From Candidatus Marsarchaeota archaeon (GTDB lineage: Archaea; Micrarchaeota; Micrarchaeia; Micrarchaeales; Micrarchaeaceae), in the NCBI GenBank assembly GCA_023473425.1, contig JAMCYG010000018.1, positions 2,046-66,045 on the forward strand: a stretch of 64,000 bases of DNA. The letters are read 5' to 3'. Below are positions 27,903 through 37,380 of this stretch, in pieces; the first letter of the stretch is position 1, and each line of letters starts with the position of its first letter. Below the pieces are notes generated by a model, which had not been told where the DNA came from, did not search any database, and saw only the letters and a list, made by a program, of their open reading frames with translations. A program made the translations under genes and the position numbers.

Positions 27903-29054
27903 TTACCTCGCATCCATTGGCACATATTCTTTGTCTATGTCGCCGTTATAATACTCGAGAGGCCTCATCAGCCTATTGTCCCTCCAGTACTCTATCATGT
28001 GAGCGCACCATCCAGGCGCCCTACTAGCAGCGAAAATGGGTGTGAACAGATCTATAGGAATGCCTATCTGCACATATATTGGACCTGAAAAGAAGTCGAC
28101 ATTCGGCCATATGCCTCTTGTCTTGCCAAGTTTTTCTATCATCATATTCTCTGCCCTGAACGCTATGCTTATCAGATTTTTCACTTCTTCTGTCCCAGTC
28201 GCAGAGAGCTGCTCGAGATACTTGTGCATTACTTTCGCTCTAGGATCATAGGTCTTGTATACCCTATGACCGAAGCCCATTATTTTTTGCTTGCCCTCAA
28301 GAGCTGAGTTTATGTAGTTCTCAGTGTTATCAGGGCTTCCGATCGAGTACATCATGCGAAGGGACGCCCTGTCGGCTCCACCATGCAGAGGCCCCTTCAG
28401 GGTGGAAATGCCTGCCGTCACTGCAGAATATATGTCCGAAAGGGTAGATCCTGCTACCATCGTCGAGAATGTTGAGGCATTGGTGCTGTGCTCCACATGT
28501 AACACCATCATTACATCAAGCAGTCTTGCTTCATCGCTGCGCGGCTTCTTGCCCTTCAGCATGTAGAGTAAGTTTTCAGCATGCGAGAGCTTTGCATTTG
28601 GCTTCACATACCTCTTGCCTTCCATCAGTCTGCCAGTAGTCGCAACTATGCTAGCAATGGCAGATATAATTCTAGCACTCTTCCTTAGATTAGCAGCTTC
28701 CGACATATCTTCCACTTCTTTGTCTTCAGCTGACATGGCCGATAGTGCAGTCCTGAGTATATCCATGGTATCGGCCTTCCCAACCATGCCTTTTATTATG
28801 CCGATAACGTACTTCGGTAGTGCCCTTGACTCCTTCAGTGCAGCATCAAATGCGGACAACTCACTGGCTGTAGGCAGCTTTCCATAGAGTACTAAATAAG
28901 CTGCCTCCTCGAAGGACGAGTGTTCTGCTATCTCTTCTATTGAATAGCCGCGATAGTACAGCTTTCCGGCCGTACCATCTACCTTGCATATTGCGCTCTC
29001 ACTTACGTATATGCCTTCCAGACCCTTGGTTATTACTGGTTTGACATCCACCAT
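27903..29054 (-). CDS. gltA: citrate synthase
   Basis: 383 aa with GPLHGGA and GFGHRVYKTYDPRA motifs. Confidence 0.9.
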   Translation of the reverse strand: MVDVKPVITKGLEGIYVSESAICKVDGTAGKLYYRGYSIEEIAEHSSFEEAAYLVLYGKLPTASELSAFDAALKESRALPKYVIGIIKGMVGKADTMDILRTALSAMSAEDKEVEDMSEAANLRKSARIISAIASIVATTGRLMEGKRYVKPNAKLSHAENLLYMLKGKKPRSDEARLLDVMMVLHVEHSTNASTFSTMVAGSTLSDIYSAVTAGISTLKGPLHGGADRASLRMMYSIGSPDNTENYINSALEGKQKIMGFGHRVYKTYDPRAKVMHKYLEQLSATGTEEVKNLISIAFRAENMMIEKLGKTRGIWPNVDFFSGPIYVQIGIPIDLFTPIFAASRAPGWCAHMIEYWRDNRLMRPLEYYNGDIDKEYVPMDAR

Positions 29055-29112
29055 CAGACCACCTAAACCTAATCACGATTTGTAGGATTGAAGATAGATG
29101 CGCAGGTGCAGC

Positions 29113-30333
29113 TTACTTTGATATTATGCTTATGAGTGCATCGGCGTACTCCTTAGTCCCTACCGGCTCTATGCTCATGTACCTTGCTATGTCTTGCGTG
29201 ACTGTCTTATTCTTCATTGCCGTGTCTATCGCACTTCTGATAGATGCTGCAGCCTCATTCCAGCCCATGTAATCAAGCATTAGTGCACCAGCATTTATTA
29301 TCCCGGTCGGATTGGCTACGTTAAGGCCTGCATATTTCGGAGCAGTGCCGTGGGCTGCTTCAAACATTGCGCCAGAGTCCCCGAGATTCTCGGAGCCTAT
29401 TATTCCTATATCCCCTATCAACGCTCCAGCCTCATCCGATACATAATCACCGTTCAGATTGGGCGCAAGGATTACGTCATAGCTCTCAGGCCTCGTCACC
29501 AGCTGCTGCAGCATATTATCGGCTATACGATCATTGAGGAGTATCTTGCCTTCCGGCATCTTCCCCTCGTATGCTTTGTTGAGCTCATCTTCGGTCACGA
29601 TGCTGCTCCTGAACTCGCGGAGAGCAAGGGCGTAAACCCATTCTTTGAATGCGCCTTCAGTATATTTCATTATATTGCCCTTGTGCATTATGGTAACCGA
29701 CCTGCGCTTCCTCTCTATCGCATATCTTATCGCCATCCTTGCCACTCTTTCTGTCTTCTGCCTTCCTATAGGCTTTATCCCTATGCCGGTGTCATCCTCA
29801 ATCTCTATACCAAAGCTTCTTATCAGCTCTCTGACCTTGGCAGCTTGCTTGCTATCGTATTGCCACTCTATGCCACGGTATATATCATCTGTGTTCTCCC
29901 TGAAGACCACAAGATCGACGTTCTGCGGATTGCGCAGCGGGCTCTCAATACCCTGAACATACTTGACAGGCCTGACATTAGCATATAGGTCAAGAAGCAT
30001 GCGAATGTGTACATTTATTGACCTGATGCCTGTGCCCACAGGCGTCTCGAGCGGGCCTTTTAGGAGAATCCTGTACTCTTTAACCATGTTGGACGAACTC
30101 TCAGGAAACCTGCTGCCATGCTCCTTTTCTGCACTTATGCCGGCAGGCACTTCGAGCCAGTTGATCGACTTCGATCCCGCATAGGCCTTCGCAACCGCCG
30201 CATCAATGACGCGCAGCGCCGCTTCTGTTATCTCAGGCCCGATGCCGTCCCCTTTGATGTAAAGCAGCGTGGGCTTATCAGGCACTACAGGGCTGCCGTT
30301 CTCAAATCTTATTGCTCCAGACTCACTAGTCAT
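29113..30333 (-). CDS. icd: isocitrate dehydrogenase (NADP-type, prokaryotic homodimeric family)
   Basis: Contains IRSINVHIRMLLDLYANVRPV, NLNGDYVSDEAGALIGDIG and FEAAHGTAPKYAG. Confidence 0.9.
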   Translation of the reverse strand: MTSESGAIRFENGSPVVPDKPTLLYIKGDGIGPEITEAALRVIDAAVAKAYAGSKSINWLEVPAGISAEKEHGSRFPESSSNMVKEYRILLKGPLETPVGTGIRSINVHIRMLLDLYANVRPVKYVQGIESPLRNPQNVDLVVFRENTDDIYRGIEWQYDSKQAAKVRELIRSFGIEIEDDTGIGIKPIGRQKTERVARMAIRYAIERKRRSVTIMHKGNIMKYTEGAFKEWVYALALREFRSSIVTEDELNKAYEGKMPEGKILLNDRIADNMLQQLVTRPESYDVILAPNLNGDYVSDEAGALIGDIGIIGSENLGDSGAMFEAAHGTAPKYAGLNVANPTGIINAGALMLDYMGWNEAAASIRSAIDTAMKNKTVTQDIARYMSIEPVGTKEYADALISIISK

Positions 30334-30454
30334 GTTAGAGAGTTTCGTATGAAGTGCTTAAATGGTTTCTGAATTATTTGAGTATGACGATACTGCCGCT
30401 GCAAAATCTTGTTAAATATTTTTACACATTAGATAACGTACCGGCTGAGACCAT

Positions 30455-31291
30455 ATGCATGGCGAAGATTCCATTGGAGAGCTGCTTGATAGATATTCCG
30501 GCATGGCTACCGAAGGGCAGATAAGGCGTGTAATGCACGAAGAGCAAGCGCCTGCCAGTGAGCAAACCGCCGCCTCTGCCGAAAGGGCAGTCACATCTGA
30601 CGCGAAGGCGATTGCGGACTTCATCTCTTCCAGAAGTGCAAGCAAAAGCACTAAGGCGGCAGAAGAGCTGAAAAAGAAAATATATTATGCAGATGTGAAT
30701 GACATTGTATACAGAGTATTCAATATGACCACATTCCGAACGGGGGACAGTAAAGAAGTGAATATGCGTGTGGTCGTGCTTGGCAAGGAGGGCAACACAT
30801 TAAGGTTCGTCGCAAGAGGGTCACTTGCCAGTTATATAGACGCGCAGGGGATTGAAAGGGGGGACAAGGTTCTGATAAGGAAGTCGCTCATTAATATAGA
30901 GAGAAGCGAATTGAAGAGCATCTCGGATACCACGATAGTGAAGTTAGGTGCATCAGAATCCACAGTGGTGCAGATTTCGAATATCGATAAGGAGATGAGG
31001 AATGTAGACATACTCGGAAAGGTTGCTGCCATATATCCGATAAGGTACATAAGCAGAGAGAATGGGGCATCGATTGCCACATCGAGGATAACGATTACAG
31101 ATTCCGGTAGATCCATGGATGCATCGCTCTGGGGCTCTTCAGCCATCGCGACAGCCGCGATGAATCCTAATGACTATGTCAAACTGGAGTTCTGCACAGT
31201 CAGAGAAAGGTATGGCAGGCTGGAAATATATGCCAATGACCTCTCAAGAGTGCTCGTGACCAGGAAGCTCGCAGGCAAAGCCGAGAGATAA
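30455..31291 (+). CDS. hypothetical protein with RPA-like OB-fold repeats
   Basis: The second half (VDILGKVAAIYPIRYISRENGASIATSRITITDSGRSMDASLWG...DYVKLEFCTVRERYGRLEIYAN) follows the OB-fold ssDNA-binding pattern. A weaker first copy is upstream. Pattern-level call only. Confidence 0.4.
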   Translation: MHGEDSIGELLDRYSGMATEGQIRRVMHEEQAPASEQTAASAERAVTSDAKAIADFISSRSASKSTKAAEELKKKIYYADVNDIVYRVFNMTTFRTGDSKEVNMRVVVLGKEGNTLRFVARGSLASYIDAQGIERGDKVLIRKSLINIERSELKSISDTTIVKLGASESTVVQISNIDKEMRNVDILGKVAAIYPIRYISRENGASIATSRITITDSGRSMDASLWGSSAIATAAMNPNDYVKLEFCTVRERYGRLEIYANDLSRVLVTRKLAGKAER

Positions 31292-31293
31292 GT

Positions 31294-34068
31294 TTATCTT
31301 TCCCCGTATCTGGCGAGGAAGCGCAGGTACTCGCTTATAGTGTCTTCCGGCGCAGAGGGCTTGAAGGCTTTTATTATTTTGATAATATTATCAGTAGTTA
31401 CTTCTGCCTCGGCACCGTTCTTTACCGCATCCTCGAGTGCATGGGTCTTGACTTCGCGGCACACGTTGCTTATGTCGGCGCCAGTGAAGCCCTTCGTAAT
31501 TGATGCTAGCTTCTCGTAGTCGATAGTGCCAGAGCCAGGCACTTTGATAAGGTACTCCTCGAATATCAGCATGCGCTCGTGGTCATTCGGCGGTCTTACG
31601 AATATTATTTTGTCTATCCTCCCTGGCCTGAGCACAGCATCGTCTAGCGAGTTTGGTCTGTTGGTAGTTCCGACAACTATTACCCCCGGCATATTGCGCA
31701 GCCCATCCATCCCTTTGAGTATCTCTGTCGTTATTTGCAGGCTAAATTCGCTAGAAGTGGCTCTCTTAGGTACCAAACTGTCCATCTCGTCTATGAATAT
31801 TACCGAAGGCACATTCTCACGCGCTTTGTAGAAGACGTCCTTTATAGTAGTGGATGCCTTGTCGAAGCCGGCTTTGATTATGTCGGATGCATTGAGATCG
31901 ACGACATTTATGTTTCCCTTCCACTCATTCATTATCGCTTTAAGCAGCATAGTCTTACCGGTTCCGGGCGGACCGAAGAGAAGTATGCCGTTTATGGCCT
32001 TGACGTCGTACTTCTTCATTAACTCGGGATGCATGAGCGGCAGCTCTATCGACTCCTTTATCGCCTTCTTTGCATCATCCAGGCCCTTTACATCATCAAG
32101 CGTTACCTCAGTGGTCTTTTCCTGTGGTATCTCCTCGTATTCCATCCTCTCCATATCGACCTTGAACTTATTGTACTTGTCTATCTGTGAGAGTGTGGTC
32201 GAAGCCTTTATGTGCTTCAGGCTCTCAAGTATGTCCGCCTGCTCTATTTCTAATATTTTGTGCTGCATCGCAGCCTCGTGCGCCACTTTTTGTGAGACAC
32301 TTTCGCATATCGCTTTTATGTCGGCGCCTGTGTATCTTTCAGTCTTCGATGCAAGCTCATCTATGTTCACGTCCTCTGCTATTGGCAGCTTTTTGAGGTA
32401 CATTTCAAATATTTTTTTCCTTGCGTCGTAGCTTGGCGGAGGCATGTACACCAATTTGTCCATCCTTCCCGGCCTCAGTATCGCTTCATCTATCAAGTCA
32501 GGAGCGTTAGTCGCTCCAACAACTATTACCCTATCGAGCTTCTGGAAACCGTCTATCTCAATGAGCAATTGTGACAACACTGCTTTCCTTGTATCATCAG
32601 TAGAAAGTTCCCTTTTCGACGTTATCGAGTCTATTTCATCAAAGAAGAGCACGCATGGCCTGTGCTTCTTGGCTATCGCAAATATGTTTGATATCATTCT
32701 CTCCGTCTCACCGGGGTATGCAGAAAGCAAGTTCGCTGCCTTGACGTAGTAGAAGTAACCGTGTATTTCATGGGAAAGCGCCCTCATCATCAGGGTCTTT
32801 CCTGTACCTGGAGGGCCGAAGAATAGTACGCCACGCACCGGCTGCACGTTGTAAGCTCTCGATATGCCACGCTCTTCAATGGGTGCTATTATGGCCGCCC
32901 TCAACTCCTCCTTGGTATGCTCATAGTTCGCTACACTCTTAAACGTCTCGCTTGCCTCTCCTTCCGCCAGGTCCTCAAATGCCTCGCCGAACTTCATCCT
33001 TATGTCGGCCTTTTTTATGTCTAGCACTTTGACTATTTCTATATTAAAGAGCTCAAGGAGATATAGTGCTATGAGTGCTATTGCCACAGCCAGGGGTATG
33101 TATAGGTAATGAATGTCTATCTTTACCGAGAAGAACTTGTCTATCCCGATGAATGCAATCGGGTACGCTATACTAATTGCACTTGATATAGTGCCCTTAT
33201 ATTTTTGCCTCATGCTGGATGCAACAGTGTCTATTATGAATGCCATTAGAAGCAGTACGGCCAGTTCAGTCAGATAGCTACTGACATTGTATGCGAGTGG
33301 CTCAAGCAGTATGAAGAAGGCTGATGATATGTTGTTTGTGACATTGCTGTTCACAAACTCGTCGTACGCTTTTCCAACATTCGGTGCAAAGTTTGAAAGC
33401 GTAAGCGCGGGTTCATTGCCATATATGTATTGAGTTATTGGATTACTGGTTAAAGCTTTGTGCGCGCTAGATATGCCATATGATATGTAGGCATGATTCG
33501 ACACGCCTATAACTCCAGAAATGGCAACTATACTGAGTACTGCCAGTACAAGAACTACGGCTGACCGCCTGAATCCGGTCATGAGTATGGTGAGGGCTAT
33601 GGCCAGCACTTCAACGAAATAGCCTATGGGAGAGAAAGCCGCTAGTACTATTATATAGAGGAACACGAGCATGCGGTGGTGCATGTAGCCATATATCAGA
33701 GACAGGCTTATTAGAAACAGAAAGACCCAACCGAGAGCTGGCGCCTGATATATTACAACAGGCATCGTGAGCAGCATAAGCAGCGCGTAAGCAGGGAATG
33801 AATGGTACATGCCAATTGCAAAAAGCAGTATCAGCAGGATTATAATCATGACCAGCGGGTAGAATGGGAAGGCGGTAACAAGGGATACGAAAGCTGCGAG
33901 GACCAGCATCGTATTGAAAAAATTGTGGCTCGTCGTGATATTAATGGCGAGATCCTTCAGTTTGTAAAGGAATATTGGCATGCGCTGCCTTCGGCTTGAT
34001 AGGCGCATGGACTGCACGTTAACTCCATCTCCACCGCTTGGGCCGCCACTGCCTTGCATCGCAATCAA
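31294..34068 (-). CDS. membrane-anchored tandem AAA+ ATPase (Cdc48/VAT-like D1-D2 with polytopic N-terminal membrane domain)
   Basis: 924 aa. Residues about 50-345 form about eight or more hydrophobic helices. Two AAA modules follow, each with GPPGTGKT and a DE Walker B (LFFDEID, IFIDEMD). There is no protease domain. Confidence 0.8.
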   Translation of the reverse strand: MIAMQGSGGPSGGDGVNVQSMRLSSRRQRMPIFLYKLKDLAINITTSHNFFNTMLVLAAFVSLVTAFPFYPLVMIIILLILLFAIGMYHSFPAYALLMLLTMPVVIYQAPALGWVFLFLISLSLIYGYMHHRMLVFLYIIVLAAFSPIGYFVEVLAIALTILMTGFRRSAVVLVLAVLSIVAISGVIGVSNHAYISYGISSAHKALTSNPITQYIYGNEPALTLSNFAPNVGKAYDEFVNSNVTNNISSAFFILLEPLAYNVSSYLTELAVLLLMAFIIDTVASSMRQKYKGTISSAISIAYPIAFIGIDKFFSVKIDIHYLYIPLAVAIALIALYLLELFNIEIVKVLDIKKADIRMKFGEAFEDLAEGEASETFKSVANYEHTKEELRAAIIAPIEERGISRAYNVQPVRGVLFFGPPGTGKTLMMRALSHEIHGYFYYVKAANLLSAYPGETERMISNIFAIAKKHRPCVLFFDEIDSITSKRELSTDDTRKAVLSQLLIEIDGFQKLDRVIVVGATNAPDLIDEAILRPGRMDKLVYMPPPSYDARKKIFEMYLKKLPIAEDVNIDELASKTERYTGADIKAICESVSQKVAHEAAMQHKILEIEQADILESLKHIKASTTLSQIDKYNKFKVDMERMEYEEIPQEKTTEVTLDDVKGLDDAKKAIKESIELPLMHPELMKKYDVKAINGILLFGPPGTGKTMLLKAIMNEWKGNINVVDLNASDIIKAGFDKASTTIKDVFYKARENVPSVIFIDEMDSLVPKRATSSEFSLQITTEILKGMDGLRNMPGVIVVGTTNRPNSLDDAVLRPGRIDKIIFVRPPNDHERMLIFEEYLIKVPGSGTIDYEKLASITKGFTGADISNVCREVKTHALEDAVKNGAEAEVTTDNIIKIIKAFKPSAPEDTISEYLRFLARYGER

Positions 34069-34181
34069 TAGATTTATATTTGGTTAATTTTATATATAGC
34101 TGTTGCTTTATTCTCTATTCTCTACGGCAATAGGCAATAAAGCTATTTAATAGTAACAACAAAATACCAACATGTTTCGAG

Positions 34182-34267
34182 CCCGCTGTAGCTCAATGGC
34201 AGAGCGACCGGCTGTAGTTTGGAAAGCCGATACCGGTAGGTTGGGTGTTCAACTCACCCCAGCGGGA
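34182..34267 (+). tRNA. tRNA-Tyr(GUA) with 14-nt intron (34218..34231) at 37/38
   Basis: Acceptor CCCGCTG/CAGCGGG with the archaeal/eukaryal Tyr identity pair C1:G72 and discriminator A. Arm ACCGG-CTGTAG[TTTGGAAAGCCGAT]A-CCGGT and T arm GGGTG-TTCAACT-CACCC. Confidence 0.85.
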
Positions 34268-34332
34268 AATGCATTTGCGCATGCATCACGCATTATTAAT
34301 AGTTTTATGCTCACAATAACCTGTGCTTACAA

Positions 34333-34404
34333 GCCTTGGTGGTGTAGTGGTTAGCATACGAGCCTGTCACGCTCGCGACCCGGGTCCGACTCCCGGCCAA
34401 GGCG
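34333..34404 (+). tRNA. tRNA-Asp(GUC)
   Basis: GCCTTGG/CCAAGGC acceptor, arm CGAGC-CTGTCAC-GCTCG, T arm CCGGG-TCCGACT-CCCGG (C at position 55) and discriminator G. Confidence 0.9.
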
Positions 34405-34517
34405 CTTTTTCTTGAATGAAAATTTGCAGGGTATTTGCACAGCCGATGTGGAATGGCAGTGCGAATTGGTAGTGCGAAACGTTAAAAGGCAACGGCTCTT
34501 ATTATTATCGCGATAGG

Positions 34518-35474
34518 ATGCAGAGTAGCAGGGTAAAGAAAATTGAGAGGAAGTTCCTTGAGGATGAATTATCAGACTATAGGTTATACGATGGTACTGC
34601 AAAGCACGAGAGCAACAGGGAGCTCAGGAAGCTGGTACTCAAGCTAAGGAACACGGAGCTGAAGCATGCGAGATTTTGGGCAGCACTTCTGGGAATCAAG
34701 GATATTAGAAATATAAGGATGCCGCTTAACCTTAGGATCAAGGTTTTTCTTTACGCAATTGTGAGAAAAGTTCTCGGAATAGCATTTGTCACGAAGATGC
34801 TTGAAAGGAACGAGAAGGCTGGGCTCGAGGACTACAAGAATCTTGTCAAGAGTGAAGGGTTCAGCAAGCCCGTCCTCGAGAGGATAAAGTACATCGTAAG
34901 AGAAGAGGAAGGCCATGAGCGTGTGCTCATGCAGCAGACGCAGAAGCACGAGGCCGTGCTGAGCTATACCAAGTCCATAGTGTTCGGATTGAACGACGGG
35001 CTTGTAGAGATACTTGCTGTGGTTGCAGGCCTTGCGATGGTTGCAACGAACGCCTTCACTGTTGCACTTACAGGGATAATAGTTGGCGTATCTGGCACGC
35101 TTTCGATGGCAGCAGGAGCATATGTATCATCGAAATCTGAGAGAGTTGTAGAAAAGTCGCTCAACGACAAGGAAAATTTAAAGACGAGACCTTCAAAGGA
35201 AGCATATTACACAGGCATTTTCTACTTCATAGGCGCACTGGTCGCGACTTTGCCTTTCATACTCGGCGCATACAGCTATTTAGGGATTGTGGAATCTGTC
35301 ATACTTGTAGCCGTGGTGCTTTCAGCGGCTTCCGCATTGGTCGCAATAATAAGCGATACGAGAATAATGAACAGGATAATGGAGATGCTAGCTGTTTCGC
35401 TGGGCACCGCTTTGGTCACGGCAATTATAGGATTTGTTGTGAGGACTGTATTCGGAATCGCGATATCTGCATAG
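34518..35474 (+). CDS. VIT1/CCC1-family Fe/Mn transporter with N-terminal ferritin/rubrerythrin-like domain
   Basis: The N-terminal four-helix region has E..H pairs (ELKHARFW, EEEGHERVL). The C-terminal part carries the VIT1 signature FGLNDGLVEILAVVAG and five TM helices. Confidence 0.8.
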   Translation: MQSSRVKKIERKFLEDELSDYRLYDGTAKHESNRELRKLVLKLRNTELKHARFWAALLGIKDIRNIRMPLNLRIKVFLYAIVRKVLGIAFVTKMLERNEKAGLEDYKNLVKSEGFSKPVLERIKYIVREEEGHERVLMQQTQKHEAVLSYTKSIVFGLNDGLVEILAVVAGLAMVATNAFTVALTGIIVGVSGTLSMAAGAYVSSKSERVVEKSLNDKENLKTRPSKEAYYTGIFYFIGALVATLPFILGAYSYLGIVESVILVAVVLSAASALVAIISDTRIMNRIMEMLAVSLGTALVTAIIGFVVRTVFGIAISA

Positions 35475-35587
35475 CAATCGTATGTGTCCAGCAGGTGCAT
35501 TTTTGACACTAACGCGGCATCACCTATAAATATGTTTTAGGTATCAATACTACCGAAGTGTGCTAATTTTAGCTGCAGGGTGAGTTC

Positions 35588-35857
35588 ATGAAGAGCAACG
35601 ATGAGATAAACGCGGCAATACAGCAGGCTACGAAGCAGATGGACATCTTGATAAGCGACACGAGCGTGCCAAAGAATGTGAGGAGCGCAATTGCACAGGC
35701 ACGGAATGAACTTAATTCCACTGGCGAATATGTGGTAAGGGTCTCTTCTGCGATATACAACCTCGATGAAGTAAGCAACGATATCAACCTCCCGCAGCAA
35801 GCAAGAACGATGATATGGAGCATACTCAGCCAGCTTGAAGCAATCAAATCGGACTGA
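35588..35857 (+). CDS. UPF0147 family small helical protein
   Basis: 89 aa reading ...DTSVPKNVRSAIAQARNELN...RVSSAIYNLDEVSNDINLPQQARTMIWSILSQLE, which matches the archaeal UPF0147 pattern. Its TGA overlaps the PolD-DP1 ATG (TGATG). Confidence 0.65.
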   Translation: MKSNDEINAAIQQATKQMDILISDTSVPKNVRSAIAQARNELNSTGEYVVRVSSAIYNLDEVSNDINLPQQARTMIWSILSQLEAIKSD

Positions 35858-37380
35858 TGGCGATGGCTAACGGCATGAATGCTGTTGGGAACCTTGTTAA
35901 GAAGCTTGAGGGAAAGGGCATCCTATTGTCTTCAGATGTCGACAATACTCTGCTTGAAGGTATAGACATAGATCTCGTCTCGAGCAAGCTCATCGAAAAG
36001 CATTCTGATTCTTCCCAGATGCTGGTAGTAGGCAGTGACGTGATTAGGGGAATAATAGATGAGTTGAAGACAGACAAGGCACCTCTTCCTCTCGACATAA
36101 AGGCAAGAGCCGGATTCAGGGCAGCTGCTGCCGAAGTCGAAGCGAGATACAGTATAGGCAATGGGAAACAGCAGGATGACATGCGTACTGAGGGCAGCGT
36201 AAACGATTTTGTAGCATATTTCAGGAGCAGGCTGCAGAAGATAAAGCCATTCGTAAGCACTCACAGTGCCGCGAACGGCATGGTACCAAGCCTGGAATTG
36301 ATAAAATCTTATACGAACGGACGAGAAGTGACCATATGCGGCATAGTGAGCAACAGGATAGTGACTAAGAATGGAAATATAATGGTGCTCATAGAGGATG
36401 AGACTGGCGACGCAAAGGTCATGTTCATGAATGGCACTTCCGACAAGGCACGATCCCTCTTCTCACTCGCAGGGGACATAATAAACGATGAGGTAATAGC
36501 CGTGAAAGGGAGAATATCGGGGCCGTTCGTGATAGCGAATGAGCTCATATTCCCGAATGTGCCGATAAAAGAGAGGAAGACAATAGATGAAGACCTGGCT
36601 ATCGCCTTTATATCAGATGTGCATGTTGGAAGCAAGAGGTTCATGGAGAAGAATTTCCTGAAGATGGTCGACTGGCTCAACGGGAATGTCGATCTTGGAC
36701 CGCCAGGCCTAGCCAGCAAGATAAAGTACATAGTGATGGCTGGCGACGTTGCAGACGGCATTGGTGTATATCCAGGGCAGGATCGCGACCTCGCCATACT
36801 TGACGTCTACATGCAGTATAAGAGGCTGGCGGAGCTGGTCGAGAACATACCTGATTACATACATGTATTCATGCTCCCTGGCAATCACGATGCTGTGCAG
36901 TCTGCCGAACCCCAACCAGCCATAAGCAACGATATACTGAAGGATTTCAAGAGAGATAACATACATTTCGTACCAAATCCGAGCTACCTCACCCTACACG
37001 GGATAAAGGTGCTTGCCTATCACGGAACATCGCTGGACTCAATAATAGCCTCTGTGCCTAACATGAGCTACGCGGCACCGGAGAAAGCAATGGTTGAGAC
37101 GCTCAAGAGGAGACACCTGTCGCCAATCTACGGCGGCAATATAATAGTGCCGAGCAAGACAGACAACTTAGTCATAGATACAGTACCGGACATACTCCAT
37201 ATGGGGCATTTGCACAAGAATGGCATAACGAACTATCATGGAGTGGACGTTGTCAATAGTGGGACCTGGCAAGCGAGGACTGATTACCAGATAAAACTCG
37301 GCCATATGCCAACTCCGTGCGTGATGCCGGTGTTTGATGCGAAGAAGGGTAGCTACGTGAATATGGATTTTAATGGATGA
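35857..37380 (+). CDS. polB: DNA polymerase II (PolD) small subunit DP1, Mre11-like exonuclease
   Basis: An OB region is followed by calcineurin-like phosphoesterase motifs (AFISDVHVGS, MAGDVADG, LPGNHD, GHLH). Confidence 0.9.
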   Translation: MAMANGMNAVGNLVKKLEGKGILLSSDVDNTLLEGIDIDLVSSKLIEKHSDSSQMLVVGSDVIRGIIDELKTDKAPLPLDIKARAGFRAAAAEVEARYSIGNGKQQDDMRTEGSVNDFVAYFRSRLQKIKPFVSTHSAANGMVPSLELIKSYTNGREVTICGIVSNRIVTKNGNIMVLIEDETGDAKVMFMNGTSDKARSLFSLAGDIINDEVIAVKGRISGPFVIANELIFPNVPIKERKTIDEDLAIAFISDVHVGSKRFMEKNFLKMVDWLNGNVDLGPPGLASKIKYIVMAGDVADGIGVYPGQDRDLAILDVYMQYKRLAELVENIPDYIHVFMLPGNHDAVQSAEPQPAISNDILKDFKRDNIHFVPNPSYLTLHGIKVLAYHGTSLDSIIASVPNMSYAAPEKAMVETLKRRHLSPIYGGNIIVPSKTDNLVIDTVPDILHMGHLHKNGITNYHGVDVVNSGTWQARTDYQIKLGHMPTPCVMPVFDAKKGSYVNMDFNG

